Below, piece after piece: positions 15,664 to 29,261 of a DNA stretch of 64,000 nucleotides (position 1 is the first letter of the stretch; each line of letters begins with the position of its first letter). The notes below the pieces were generated by a model, which ran no database searches, was not told where the DNA came from, and saw nothing but the letters and a program-made list of their open reading frames with translations. The stretch comes from Eledone cirrhosa (Eukaryota), in contig CAXHJY010001494.1 of assembly GCA_964016885.1 (NCBI GenBank), positions 1 through 64,000 on the forward strand, written 5' to 3'. The translations under genes were made by a program, and so were the position numbers.

Positions 15664-16583
15664 TGTATGTATGTATATCAGGTCACCAGTTGGTGCTACT
15701 GGTAACATGTATCCCAGTACAACCTGTCTCATGGTCGGGTCGTTGGCGACTAAACTGGCAACCCCACCAAGGTTTCTTGGTGAGGAGGGTGACTTTGAAC
15801 ATCCTGCAGGACTAAAAACAAAACCTGTCAAAGGGCAAAGGAGCTCTTAAGTGTCAATGGCCATCCAAAATCACCGGGAGAGATGACCCCTTAGCCTTTG
15901 TCAAGGCAGAATTCTAGGAGAAGGAAAACTCTGATATAACACCTGCAACTCTGATGGTATTCAATGATGTTGACATGTTCTTCTTTTTGATAAATATCAT
16001 CTTGGTTAAGAGAGTGGGACTGGCTTTGTGCAGTACCTTTGCTCACTATAAAAGCTTCACGGCACAGGCATTGCTTTATATCTGGAGATCTCTCTGCACT
16101 TGTCCTCACATGGTACCATGGGCCCAGCATTATGTGTCAATAATTGTCACAAGTGTAGTGTTTGTACCAGAGTTTTCAAGTCGCTGGCTGGACTAAAAAG
16201 TCACACTCGTTCAGCGCATCGGTAGGGGTTCTCCTACATGGATATAAAGTAGTGGCCGTACTCGAAAACGAGTTGGCAGCCACCATATATGTATGTATGT
16301 ATATATATATATGTATGTATCGATAGTTGATCAACAAGATCCCAGACCTCATTCGCTTAACGAATAGGGTGGAGCTCATCAAATCGGACCGAGGAAACAA
16401 TGTTCCCATTGGCTTTGCTAATTGCTAGTACTATCTATCGGTCGCAACTCCAGGCAGAAGGAGCAACGTGAAATAAAGTGTCTTGCTCAAGGACATAATG
16501 CATTGCCCGGTCTGGGCGTATCCCATTCTCTAACTACTCTGGTGAGTAATGGTCTAACTGGTTTTTCCCACCTCCAATCTGAT

Positions 16584-16712
<129 letters not shown>

Positions 16713-16843
16713 ATATGACAAAGAAGGTATGGTAAGATTCCAGCTGGACCTTAACGTACTCGATACCAGCAGTATGGCTTAGTTCGAATCTAGCTGTCGA
16801 AACGGCCAGAGCTCAGCCGACGGGATCCTGACTATTTTCCTAT

Positions 16844-16914
<71 letters not shown>

Positions 16915-16955
16915 CGAAACATAAGTCAATTGCATGAACTCATAATCCTTTATTT

Positions 16956-17011
16956 ACTGCTATATATATTTCGATGATAGCCACTGAATGGCCATGACCT
17001 CATCAGGCAGT
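16956..17011 (-). ncRNA. Hammerhead ribozyme
   Basis: ACTGC-CTGATGA-GGTCATGGCCA TTCAG TGGCTATCATC-GAAA-TATATA-TA-GCAGT. Confidence 0.82.
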
Positions 17012-17260
17012 TGTCAGTTCTTAGATATGCCAGCTCTGTGTTTATAGTGTTGATGGTATCAGAGCCTTGGGACATATCTCATATGAGGACGTGTGTATCC
17101 CACTTTTTAGACTAGGTACGCTCAACCTGAATACCATTTGAATGGGTTGACCTCAGGGGGGGGGGGGGGCATCCGGCTACAAAGTATTGCCTCAAACCAT
17201 CCCTTCCAACCCATGCCAACTTGGAAATGTTACAGACATACATACACACACACACACACA

Positions 17261-17304
<44 letters not shown>

Positions 17305-18472
17305 GTGTCTGAGTGTGTGTATATATTATGGCAGTATCGGTAGAGGGTCGGACACTATGCTTTGACGCATAGAGTTACGCCCCTTGTCATTCTGAGTTCA
17401 AATCTCGCCGAGGTTAACTTCGCCTTTCCTCCTTACGGAGTCGATAAAATAAAGTACCAGTAATACACTGGATAATTGCTGGCCTTGTGCCAAAACTAGA
17501 AACAATTATGTATATATATACAGATACATAAAACCAGGCATACTCACACACATACCAACACACTCACACACATACCAACACACTCACACACATACCAACA
17601 CACTCACACACATACCAACACACTCACACACTCACACTCACACTCACACACATACCAACACTCACACACTCACACTCACACACATACCAACACGCTCACA
17701 CACATACCAACACACTCACACACATACCAACACACTCACACACATACCAACACACTCACACACATACCAACACACTCACACACTCACACTCACACACATA
17801 CCAACACTCACACTCGTCGGTTTACAGGACGTTACCTACATAAAATAGAATCTCTTAAACGAAAGCGGAAAGAAATATTTTTTTGAATTATACACACACA
17901 CATATATATATACACATATATATATACACATATATATTTACATATATACACACACATATATCTATGTATATATATATATACCTAGGTATAAATATATATA
18001 TATATACATATATATATATATTATATATATATATGAAGGAAAAAACCTTGTTTCTTATCAATTAGATCGTAAAGAGATTTCGTTATAAAGGGGCGTGTAC
18101 ATTTGGGGCCAAAGAAGTGCTGCTTAGCTTATTTTTGGTAAGGCTTCTGTCCCGTATCGGTCCCTGTTGGCAGACGATAGATTTTTTACGGGCGTAGGGG
18201 TGGGGTGTGATGGTCTACTCCACCCACAGCCAGCGTCATTTTTTTTTGGGGGGGGGGGGGGTTGTATCGTTTGTTTGCGCTTTTTTTTGTGTCGTGTATA
18301 TATATATATACATACACACACATATATATTATATATTAAAAAAGGCAAGCACATATATATAAACATACATGTAGATATATATATATATACATATACATAT
18401 ATACATATACAGATTTATATGTATATATGCATATATATATATATACATATACAGATTTATATGTATATATGC

Positions 18473-18503
<31 letters not shown>

Positions 18504-18563
18504 TTTATATGTATATATGCATATATATATATATATATACATATACAGATTTATATGTATATA

Positions 18564-18605
<42 letters not shown>

Positions 18606-18906
18606 GTGTTGTAGTTGTGTTCATTTTTGCTTTGATGGTCATCAAAGCAAAAACTTAATGAAGTGTTACGAGAAAGAGTTTCGTTGGGGGTGGAGACACT
18701 ATGGAGGGGAGGGGGAGAAGACACTATGGAGGGGAGGGGAGGGGGGGGGGGGGGGTAATGTAGTAAGTGTACAAAAAACAAGAGTGATAGTGTTTGATAA
18801 TAAAATAAAAATCCCAGTCTGATTATACATACATAAATATGTGTAGGTGTATATATATATGTGTGTGTGTGTATATATATATGTGTGTGTGTGTATGTAT
18901 ATACAC

Positions 18907-18939
<33 letters not shown>

Positions 18940-19004
18940 CACACATATATATATTTATATTTGTGTGTGTATATATATATATATGTGTGTGTGTGTATGT
19001 ATAT

Positions 19005-19051
<47 letters not shown>

Positions 19052-19073
19052 CACACACATATATATTTATATT

Positions 19074-19120
<47 letters not shown>

Positions 19121-19204
19121 ATACATGTGTGTGTAGACATGAAGAGGGGGTGGACTCTGTTAGGTTTTAAAATGCCCCAGAAACGCCGTATGTCAATTAA
19201 TTTG

Positions 19205-19690
19205 TCACTGTGGGGAGACCACAGCTGAGAGCAATAGTCCAGTCGGCTAAGGACGAAAATCCTCCAAAGGACCAACATGGCATCTGGGTCTCTTGTCCTG
19301 AATGTCCTCAGAATCCAACCCCCCAGTTGTCTGCACATTGCCATCATTTTGGTGATGTGTGCATGAAATGATGTAATCATTGCGCATGTCAATACCCAGT
19401 TCCTGTATTGACTTTGACTCTGGGATTTCGATTCCTCTTGGTCCAGTGTACCTTTGTTGTGGGGGGTCCTATGTTTGTAGTTTGATAGCGGAGGGTTTGA
19501 AATTTACCTGCATTAGATTACATATTGTAATCTTCACGCCATCTGTACACGGTATCTAAATCTTGTAAGAAAGTAGCATCAGCCAGTTTCTTGATTGCCT
19601 GTGTTACTTTCGTGTCATCAGCATAGCTTGTGAGGGAGGTTGCCCCTTATTATAAAGGACATGTCTGAGAGAGCCACCACAAACAATAGT
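19205..19690 (-). mobile_element. Degenerate CR1/L2-group LINE RT fragment
   Basis: SYADDTK, QDLDTVYRW, GWILRTFRTRD..SRLDYCSQLWSP, with frameshifts. Confidence 0.85.
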
Positions 19691-20739
19691 TTCTACCTTT
19701 GGCACAAGGACAGCGATTACCCCAAAGCATCTCTAGTACTTTATTTTATCGACCAATAGTAACCCAAAGACAGTAAGAATGTATATATATTAGGATTGGT
19801 GTTTCAAATACCTTAAGGCATTTAAACATTAAATGTGGGTAGAATATACTTTTTATTTTCTTGGTAGAAACCTAACAATGATTTCGAAGTTTCAGCTCGG
19901 CTCGCTTCATCTTTCAGTAAGATCAACCGAGTCATACTTAAACTTCGAAGTCCCAGACACTTTTCCTACTTAGCAGTCATGAAATTATACCCTCGTTAAA
20001 ACACAAGAAGAAGCGTTGCTTGTGCTCTGTATATGGAAATAACACTACCTATGCCATTTTCATTTTGTCATTAGTAGCACATTCCATTTAAATCAGGCTG
20101 GGGGGAGAGGGGCTTCCTTCGGTGAGGGTGGGGGCAGTTGTAATCATCTGGTCTAAACACTACAACATGTGACCCTCTTCTGACCTGTCATATTTCTATT
20201 TTTCTTTTCCCTGTTCTCTTTTTTTATTTTATTTTATTTATTTTGTGTGTGTGTGTGTTATACTGAGGGTGACCTTTTAAATTTTACAGTGATGACATCT
20301 ATTTGTCATATACGTTAATCTGTGGGATCCTGGGTTTGAAATTTACTTCAATATTTAACCCTCCGCCCTCCTCTGCTGCTCTAGACGATGGATTACAAGG
20401 CTCGATAGAAACAACAACAGAAATGATGACTGCCTTCCGTTTATTTCTGACGTCTCATTTATCCAAAACACCGTATTTCATGGATTTCATTTCATAAATA
20501 TTTCATACTTATTTCAGTGTATATATATATATACACACACACATATATATATATATATAAGTTTATCCCGGGTTCATTCGGGGGGGGGGGGGTACCACAG
20601 TAAGTAACGTACTCAATACAAAGCAGAGTATAACTATTTAATATAGAAAAGGCTTCTACAGGACTAGAACTGTTTTATTCGGTAGAAATCATCATGATTT
20701 CTCCCGAATAAAACATTTCTAGTCCTGTAGAAGCCTTTT

Positions 20740-20782
<43 letters not shown>

Positions 20783-21281
20783 GTTCCACACCAATTAGTT
20801 TACCATACCGAGAACAAATGGTGAACTAACTGTTGTGGAACTATTTCTACCAGACTCGTCCCATGGACTGAGTGCTCTATAACTACGGATATAACCCTCC
20901 AGTGTTCTACTATTATATATATATATATATATATCCTTACGGGGTCGATAAAATAAAGTACCAGTAATACACTGGGTAATTGCTGGCCTTGTGCCAAAAG
21001 TAGAAACAATTATTATATATATATATGCACACACACCCATACATGCTTACATATATGTGTCTGTATGTATACGCAAAGTGTTGCAGGGTTGTGTACATTT
21101 CTATCATTTAGACACCAAATGTACTTTGACAATGAAGTGGAGTTGACTTCCTTCAATTTCATCAACGAATGGGGATTTTGTGTATATCGTTATGTAGAAA
21201 TTTGAATGAAAGACAGAAAAATGAGTTCAACGTATCGGAATTTAGTCCTTCGTCAGGAGAGTACAAAGAGTAAGATAGAAT

Positions 21282-21342
<61 letters not shown>

Positions 21343-21883
21343 TTAGACACACACACATACACACACACACACACATATATATTTCATCTATCTACTAATA
21401 TTTCAAGTTTCAAATTTTTTTCAATTAAATTTCTCCAAATCTATATTTTAAATGCCGGAGGATAGTTTCGATGAGGAATTAAATTGAGGGATATATTTTA
21501 TTCTGAAATATTGAAGTATATCATTTTATTTTTCTCTTCCTTAAAATTCAATTAAGCTCGTCTTTTTTTAAGACAAAAAATAATGTATATACATATATTC
21601 AAACATACATACAGCCATACATAAATACATATACACACATATTTTCTCTCCCTCTCTCGCACAGATATATATATATATATATATTAGAGATATATATATA
21701 TATATATATATAGATAGATAGATATATATATGCACGTATATATATATATATATATATACGCATGTATGTATGCACATATATATGTGTGTGTGTATAGTCA
21801 TGCATACAAAGAAAAAGGAGAGAGCAATGAACTATGGAAGCTCAGAATATTTATATTAAAGATTTCAGTTATTCAGGCCTGTC

Positions 21884-21969
<86 letters not shown>

Positions 21970-22000
21970 AGAGAGAGAGTGAGAGAGAGAGAGAGAGTAT

Positions 22001-22252
22001 GCGTTTCTGAGACCGAGCAGATCACAAATCAAATACCGGTCGCTCTCCGACAGGTTTGCGGTTGTACTCTTGGCAGTGGAGACTTCTGGTGTCCTCTGCC
22101 CTTGGGTTACCTCCCTACTCACCACAATAGGCGCTGAGCTGGCCAGCCGCAGGTGTGAGCGTCGCGAGCTGGAATAGCTTTTTCAGCGGGGCTCCCTTGC
22201 CGTCCTCCGAGGAAACGCCTTCTCCATTCTGTCCGCCGGGTCTGTGGAGTGA
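22001..22252 (+). mobile_element. CRE-like (restriction-like endonuclease) non-LTR element, C-terminal fragment
   Basis: KYRSLSDRF..LAVETSGV..IG..E*LFQRGSLAVLRGNAFSIL, resembling the PLAVETxG..LFQRxSxAIQRGNA consensus. Confidence 0.7.
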
Positions 22253-22815
22253 CCACCAATATGATTGACTGACTTGTCATTTTATCAGTCAGATGTTCTA
22301 ATGATTCTATATATATATATATGGCTAAACTTTAGGTTTCTACTTTTTTACTTTATATACATACAGTTACATAGATTCGTCCCTTTTAACAGTTATTCCT
22401 TGCGTTCGACTTTTCAAATTATTTCTATGAATTTTAGTTCCTGTGTTCCATTAAAATATTTGATATTAGCAGCAGTTTTTGATATTTAGCCTTCCATTTT
22501 GAAAACACGCAATAAAATTGTTCAAATTTGGATTTTTCTACAATTTTTAATTTGACAGCCTAAAATAATGAAGAATAAACAAAAAAGAAATAACGCCAAA
22601 ATTTTTCGAATAAAGCAGAAGAACGGAATCTCTGTTACAAAATGGCTGCGGTGCACGACTGATTATGTTAAATGAATGTTTATTCTAAAATAAGCATCAT
22701 ATTTTGAAATAACTCGAACCGTAATTATTTTAGCACAAACATATTATACACACACACACACATACACACATACACACACAAATACATACACATGCACATA
22801 CATACTTACATACGT

Positions 22816-22901
<86 letters not shown>

Positions 22902-22986
22902 GTGTGTGTGTAGATAGATAGAGGGATAGATAGGAGGGTAGATAGATAAATAGATAGGTAGATAGATAGATAGATAGATAGATATG

Positions 22987-23617
22987 TTTCTTTATTAGCC
23001 ACAGGGGCACAAAAGAAGGGGACAAATATAAAGGGGGAAATTTACATACCATAAAAACGTGTAAAATACTATCACAAATACAATTTAAAAGTTAATCGAT
23101 TTTCCCCAATAGGGGGAGACAGTTCATATGGGTAACACATACCCCCGAAAAAATGTGCAACCCTCATCTCCAGGAGTACGAAGAGTTTGTACTCCTTTCC
23201 TCTCCTCCTCCTTTTCCTCAACCTACAGGCTGATATAGAGAGAAGGGCCATTCACTCGGGCCATTCTCGCCACTTTCACCTTTCATAAAACTTGCTGGGG
23301 TACAGCACCTCTCTCTCCATCCTGATTCTTCTTCCAAAGTGGTATTTGAAAAAAAGAATCAGTTGTTGGCCGGAGAGAAAGGTGTCTGACCTCAGTCCTT
23401 TTAACCTCGTCCACCATACAACCTCTTTCGCCATAGCTATCACACAAAGGAAAACCGCCTCTCCTTCGTTTTTGAAGGAGGGTGGCGGTTTGATCATGAC
23501 AATGGACTCGGTGGTCAACCGGATTGGTCCCACCCGCGACAAAAGTCGTTCTACATAGCCCCACAGGTCAGTGACGCCCGGGCAGTGTATGAATGCGTGC
23601 GCGACGGTTTCTTCGTT
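22987..23617 (-). mobile_element. Tx1-like subfamily B, 3' fragment
   Basis: Encodes EETVAHAFIHC..RVGPIRLTTESIVMIKPPP..; ends GCTAATAAAGAAA; (GATA)n on both sides on the + strand. Confidence 0.92.
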
Positions 23618-23812
23618 AAGATAGATAGATAGGTAGATAGATAGGTTGAATTATATATATATATATATATATATTATTGAAGGTACACGTTTAAGTGCGC
23701 TGCATCGAAGGAAATAACGATATGTATACTCTGGGAGTTTATTTAAAATTACCTATTGAGTACGCTGAGATGCAACCGGTCCTAGCAGTGATACCCATGC
23801 TAGTTCCGTCAA

Positions 23813-23873
<61 letters not shown>

Positions 23874-24029
23874 TTTAAATAATAAATAAATCAACTAATA
23901 CCTTAACACTTCACACAAAGTAAAACATTTCGTTTTAATCATTTTCTAACCCAGAAAAACGAGAGAGAGAGACAAAAAAAAAAGGAAAAAAAAATTTTTT
24001 CTTCCTCGTAATCGTCTCTTTCTCCCTGT

Positions 24030-24116
<87 letters not shown>

Positions 24117-24311
24117 GCGAGAATCGTATTTCGGCTGGTAGAAAAAGCGAAACGAAACGCAAAATCGTAGAAATGCTGGCAAGCGCTCCAATAGTTAAGA
24201 AAACTAGAGCTAAACAATATGTTAAAACGCCATACAAACTGAAAAGTGGTCAAGAAGGCATTAACCACCTAAGCCAAAAAACAAATCAAGCTAAACAGGT
24301 CAAACAAAATA

Positions 24312-24398
<87 letters not shown>

Positions 24399-24559
24399 TA
24401 GTAATATAGAGACGAAATTGTTTTCGATGTTACAATTTCAAAAGTCCATTTTTGCCTTTCATCCTTACGGGGTCGATAAAATAAAGTACCAGTAATGCAC
24501 TGGGTAATTTGCTGGCCTTGTGCCTAAAGTAGAAACAATTATTATTATTAATAATATAG

Positions 24560-24748
24560 AGTGGTTGATTGGCAGTATCGGTAGAGGGTTGGACGCCATG
24601 CTTTCTAGCACAGAGTTACGTCCCTTTATGATCTGAGTTCAAATCCCGCCGAGGTTAACTTTGCCTTTCATCCTTACAGGGTCGATAAAATAAAGTACCA
24701 GTAATGTACTGGGTATTTGCTGGCCTTGTGCCTAAAGTAGAAACAATT
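24560..24748 (+). mobile_element. SINE family 1; further + copies at about 15043-15146, 15161-15291, 17328-17508, 20933-21012, 24450-24540, 48174-48352, 54418-54606, 59453-59638
   Basis: Same consensus. Confidence 0.85.
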
Positions 24749-25307
24749 ATTATTATTAATAATATTGTGGTTCTGTAACTCCTCATAGAGTCGTATGGTG
24801 CGCCATATTGACATACGGGGTTTCTCAGGTCTGAATACAGCAGATTTCTTCCAGAGAAGGATAGGGAGTGAGAGAAAGGAAATAAGGAAGAGATATGGAG
24901 GAGGAATCGAGCCCAGTACTAGAATGGTGCTTTTTTTTTATCGGCCTCGAAAGGATGAAAGGCGAAGTTGACCTCGACAGGATTTGAACTCAGACTGTAA
25001 AGGGCCGTAACTCCATACTGCAAAGCATGGTGTCCGACTCTCAACCGATCCTGTCAATCCACCGTTTGGAGTCAGAAAGCCGAAAGGAATGCCCTAAAGT
25101 ATTCTAACTTCGTTGATACTGACGCTCTACCGACCCTGCCAAATCGCCGTGTTATTACTATAACGGAAGTCTGACGAGCTTTTGATTTCAGACTCGGGCT
25201 AGATCGATACAGATCGAACCTTGAGCTGATCAATCACGAAAACGCGCGTGGCACCTCAATAAATGTAATGAAGATCTAACATTTCGTCCTCTTTATTATA
25301 AGTAGCA

Positions 25308-25672
<365 letters not shown>

Positions 25673-25736
25673 CACTTCGATTACCTGTACAGGCAATATT
25701 TCTTAGAATGCAGTTAACGTGTGTATACATATATAC

Positions 25737-25783
<47 letters not shown>

Positions 25784-25862
25784 CATATACATTATGTATA
25801 TATATACATATACATTATATATATACATTATATATATATACATTATATATATACATATACAT

Positions 25863-25902
<40 letters not shown>

Positions 25903-26052
25903 CATACATATACATACATAAATATATACATACACACAAGGTATATATATTTACATATACACACACTCACACATACTTAAATTCGTACTCACTCACCTAC
26001 ATACACACAGATTCATGCACAGATACGCACACATTCATACGACACACACACA

Positions 26053-26094
<42 letters not shown>

Positions 26095-26605
26095 CTCTCA
26101 TATACATACATTTACATATATAATTATATATAATAATACCTATAAACAAACATACATTCTACATCTATTTATGGTAGACTTTGTATACACATCACCGTGT
26201 ATATTCTCATCTTTCCCAATTACTTAAAATGGTGGAAATACGGAAGATTTTTTTAAAAAATCCGCCATGTTTTTTTGTGAATTTTTTTTTATATATCTCG
26301 TTTCATTTCATTATTCTGTTGCTGTTGTTGTTGCTGTCGTTGTTTTTATTGTTGTATTCCCAGTTGTTGTTGTTTTTGCTAGTATTGCTAGTTTTGTTAC
26401 TGTTCCTTTCGTTGAAGAAGAAGAAGTTGTTGTTGTTGTAATGGTGGTGATTTTTTTTAGTTGTTGTTGTTGTAATAGTAGTGATTCTTTTTTAGTTGTT
26501 GATGTTGTTGTTTGTTGGTATTCTTAGTTTATATTAGTGTTGTTGTTGTTGTTGATATAGTTGTTGCTGTTGTCATATTTATTCAAATTATTTTCGCTCT
26601 TGTTT

Positions 26606-26639
<34 letters not shown>

Positions 26640-27273
26640 CGTCGTCATTGTTGTTATTGTTGTTATTTTTTACATTTGTTTCTGTTCTAGTTGTTGTTGT
26701 CGTTGCTCTACATACACATATACATACATACATACGGCGTATGTACATATACATACATATATACAAACGTACGTACATATATACATACATATAAATGATA
26801 TATATACATACATATAATATATATATATACATATCTACATACATACTGTGTATGTACATATAGTTGTACATACTCTATATTCATTATACACTATATACAC
26901 GCACTAGTATACTTACCCAGTCACACTAAATACATACATGAGTGTGTATGCACTATGTACATACATAGTGCATTAAATATATATATATATACACTCACTA
27001 TATAGTATGTATATACAATAAGATACACTGCCGGTAAAGTAGTTTGGACAACCTCGATCTATCAATAATGACGAAATCGAGAAAAAATCGATAACTGGAC
27101 AAGACACGAGGCACTCGGTGTCTTGATAGGAAAACAATGAGATAGCCTCTATGTGGTTCGTTGACATGCTAGAAATAGCAGTCAAATCTCTATATGTATA
27201 TCAATTTATCTTTCTATTTACATGTTTCTAACCACACATCTGTCTACCTATATGTCCGTCTGTCTGTCTCTCC

Positions 27274-27347
<74 letters not shown>

Positions 27348-27350
27348 ATA

Positions 27351-27713
27351 ACCACTTTAGAAGAAGAATCAGGATGGAGAGAGAGGTGCTGTACCCCAGC
27401 AAGTTTTATGAAAGGTGGGTGAAAGTGGCGAGAATGGCCCGAGTGAATGGGCCTTCTCTCTATATCAGCCTGTAGGTTGAAGAAAAGGAGGAGGAGAGGA
27501 AAGGGGTACAAACTCTTCGCACTCCTGAAGATGAGGGTTGCACATTTTTTTCGGGACCTATGTGTTACCCATATGTAATGTCTCCCCCTATTGGGGAAAA
27601 TCGATTAACTTTTAAATTGTATTTGTGATAGTATTTTACACGTTTTCATTGTATGTAAACTTCCCCCTTTATATTTGTCCCCTTCTTTTGGGCCCCTGTG
27701 GCTAATAAAGAAA
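27351..27713 (+). mobile_element. Tx1-like subfamily B, 3' fragment
   Basis: [40 protein letters not shown] plus 3'UTR, directly after (TCTA)n. Confidence 0.92.
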
Positions 27714-27862
27714 CATATATATATGTAGAAGTTATATTTAATTTGTTGGGATTCCAACCAACTTAAAAGTTTATAACTGATATAGTTTATAACTATCCAG
27801 TGAATTTTCAACCGTCAAGGTTGTTTTCCATGGTTATGTCACTATTTATAAAACAAACTTTG

Positions 27863-27927
27863 TATTTTATCTGATGAAAGTGCACCAAGATTGGCTTGGT
27901 TGGCCTTGAAATCTATATAATAAAATA
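27863..27927 (+). ncRNA. Hammerhead ribozyme in a pLTR-like repeat (27735-27965); homologous copy at 43425-43484(-)
   Basis: ATTTTAT-CTGATGA-AAG..CCAAG ATTGG CTTGG..CTT-GAAA-TCTATA-TA-ATAAAAT. Confidence 0.75.
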
Positions 27928-27965
27928 ATTATGGTTTTATAAATATAGTTTCCATTTATTAATAT

Positions 27966-28018
<53 letters not shown>

Positions 28019-28161
28019 CGATAAATTAACGGAGGCATAGGCCCTCGCTATTCCCTTTAAATAATGTGCTCAAAGGAGAAGAGATTCTGAGCTCTTTAAA
28101 ATACAATATGTTGAGAAGGTAACACACTATATATCTCTCTCTGGTGTGTTACCTTCTCAAC

Positions 28162-28202
<41 letters not shown>

Positions 28203-28240
28203 CAGCACTCTTCCTTTACCTTTTCTACGGAAATATATAT

Positions 28241-28290
<50 letters not shown>

Positions 28291-28721
28291 CATATATATA
28301 TATATATGCACATACATATATATATATATATGCACCTGTCTATCTGACTATCTGCCTGTAGATCTACCTGCCTATCCATCTGTATCTATCTATCTATCTA
28401 TCTATATGAAAATGTTCATGACACCGACGGCTGAGCTCCGGCCATTTCGACAGCTAGATCCGAACTGTTCGGCTCTAGCCGTCGAAACGGCCGGAGCTCA
28501 GCCGTCGGGGACCTGACGTTTCATATTACCCACTCTACTGCCCCAAGTATCGAGTACTCTGGTGGGTTATGGTCCACCTGGTATTTTACTACCACCTATC
28601 TCATCTGCTTATCTCTCCATTAATCTAGCCGTCTATCTACCTATCAATATGAATGATGCTGAACCTACGGCTGAGCTGATGCTGTTTCAACAGCTAATTC
28701 CGAACTGTCAATCAGTCTGTC

Positions 28722-28788
<67 letters not shown>

Positions 28789-28938
28789 GAAGGACTAGCG
28801 TCCGAAACGTTAAGACCCTCTTCCTGCTATATCAAGCGTTAACCTAATATATCCCTTCCATATACTGTACCGATTGTGTTGTTATTTCTGTTTACCTTTT
28901 ACACACACACACACACATATATATATGTGTGTGTGTGG

Positions 28939-29158
28939 TGAAGGCGTGTGGCTGAGTGGTTAGAGAATTGGATTCGCAATCGTAAGGTTGTGAGTTCGAT
29001 TCCTGGACCAGGCGATGCGTTATGTCCTTGAGCAAGACACTTTATTTCACGTTGCTCCTTCTACCTGGAGTTGCGACCGATAGATAGTATTAGCAATTGG
29101 AAAGACCAACGGAAACATTGTTCCCTCGGTCCGATTTGACGAAAGTCGATCGTTCCTT
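28939..29158 (+). mobile_element. tRNA-derived SINE with Nin/Deu-like domain (family 2); copies at 4744-4960(+), 16320-16520(-), 59005-59140(-)
   Basis: A box TGGCTGAGTGG, B box GAGTTCGATTCC, TCCTTGAGCAAGACACTTTATTTCACGTTGCTCC. Confidence 0.8.
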
Positions 29159-29161
29159 AAA

Positions 29162-29207
<46 letters not shown>

Positions 29208-29261
29208 CCATCCATCTACCTATCAATCTATCCATCCATCTACCTATCAATCTATCTATCT

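Noticed and set aside
15680-16250. Possible RTE-type 5'UTR fragment
   Set aside because: Only a remembered motif resemblance (CTAGGAGAAGGAAAACTCTG); no ORF or second copy in the window
19870-21520. Further hammerhead-like strings at about 19875-19920, 20380-20412, 21468-21515
   Set aside because: Core or stems too degenerate to support
28939-29015. tRNA gene (A and B boxes)
   Set aside because: Continues into a repeated SINE body; no convincing cloverleaf or terminator
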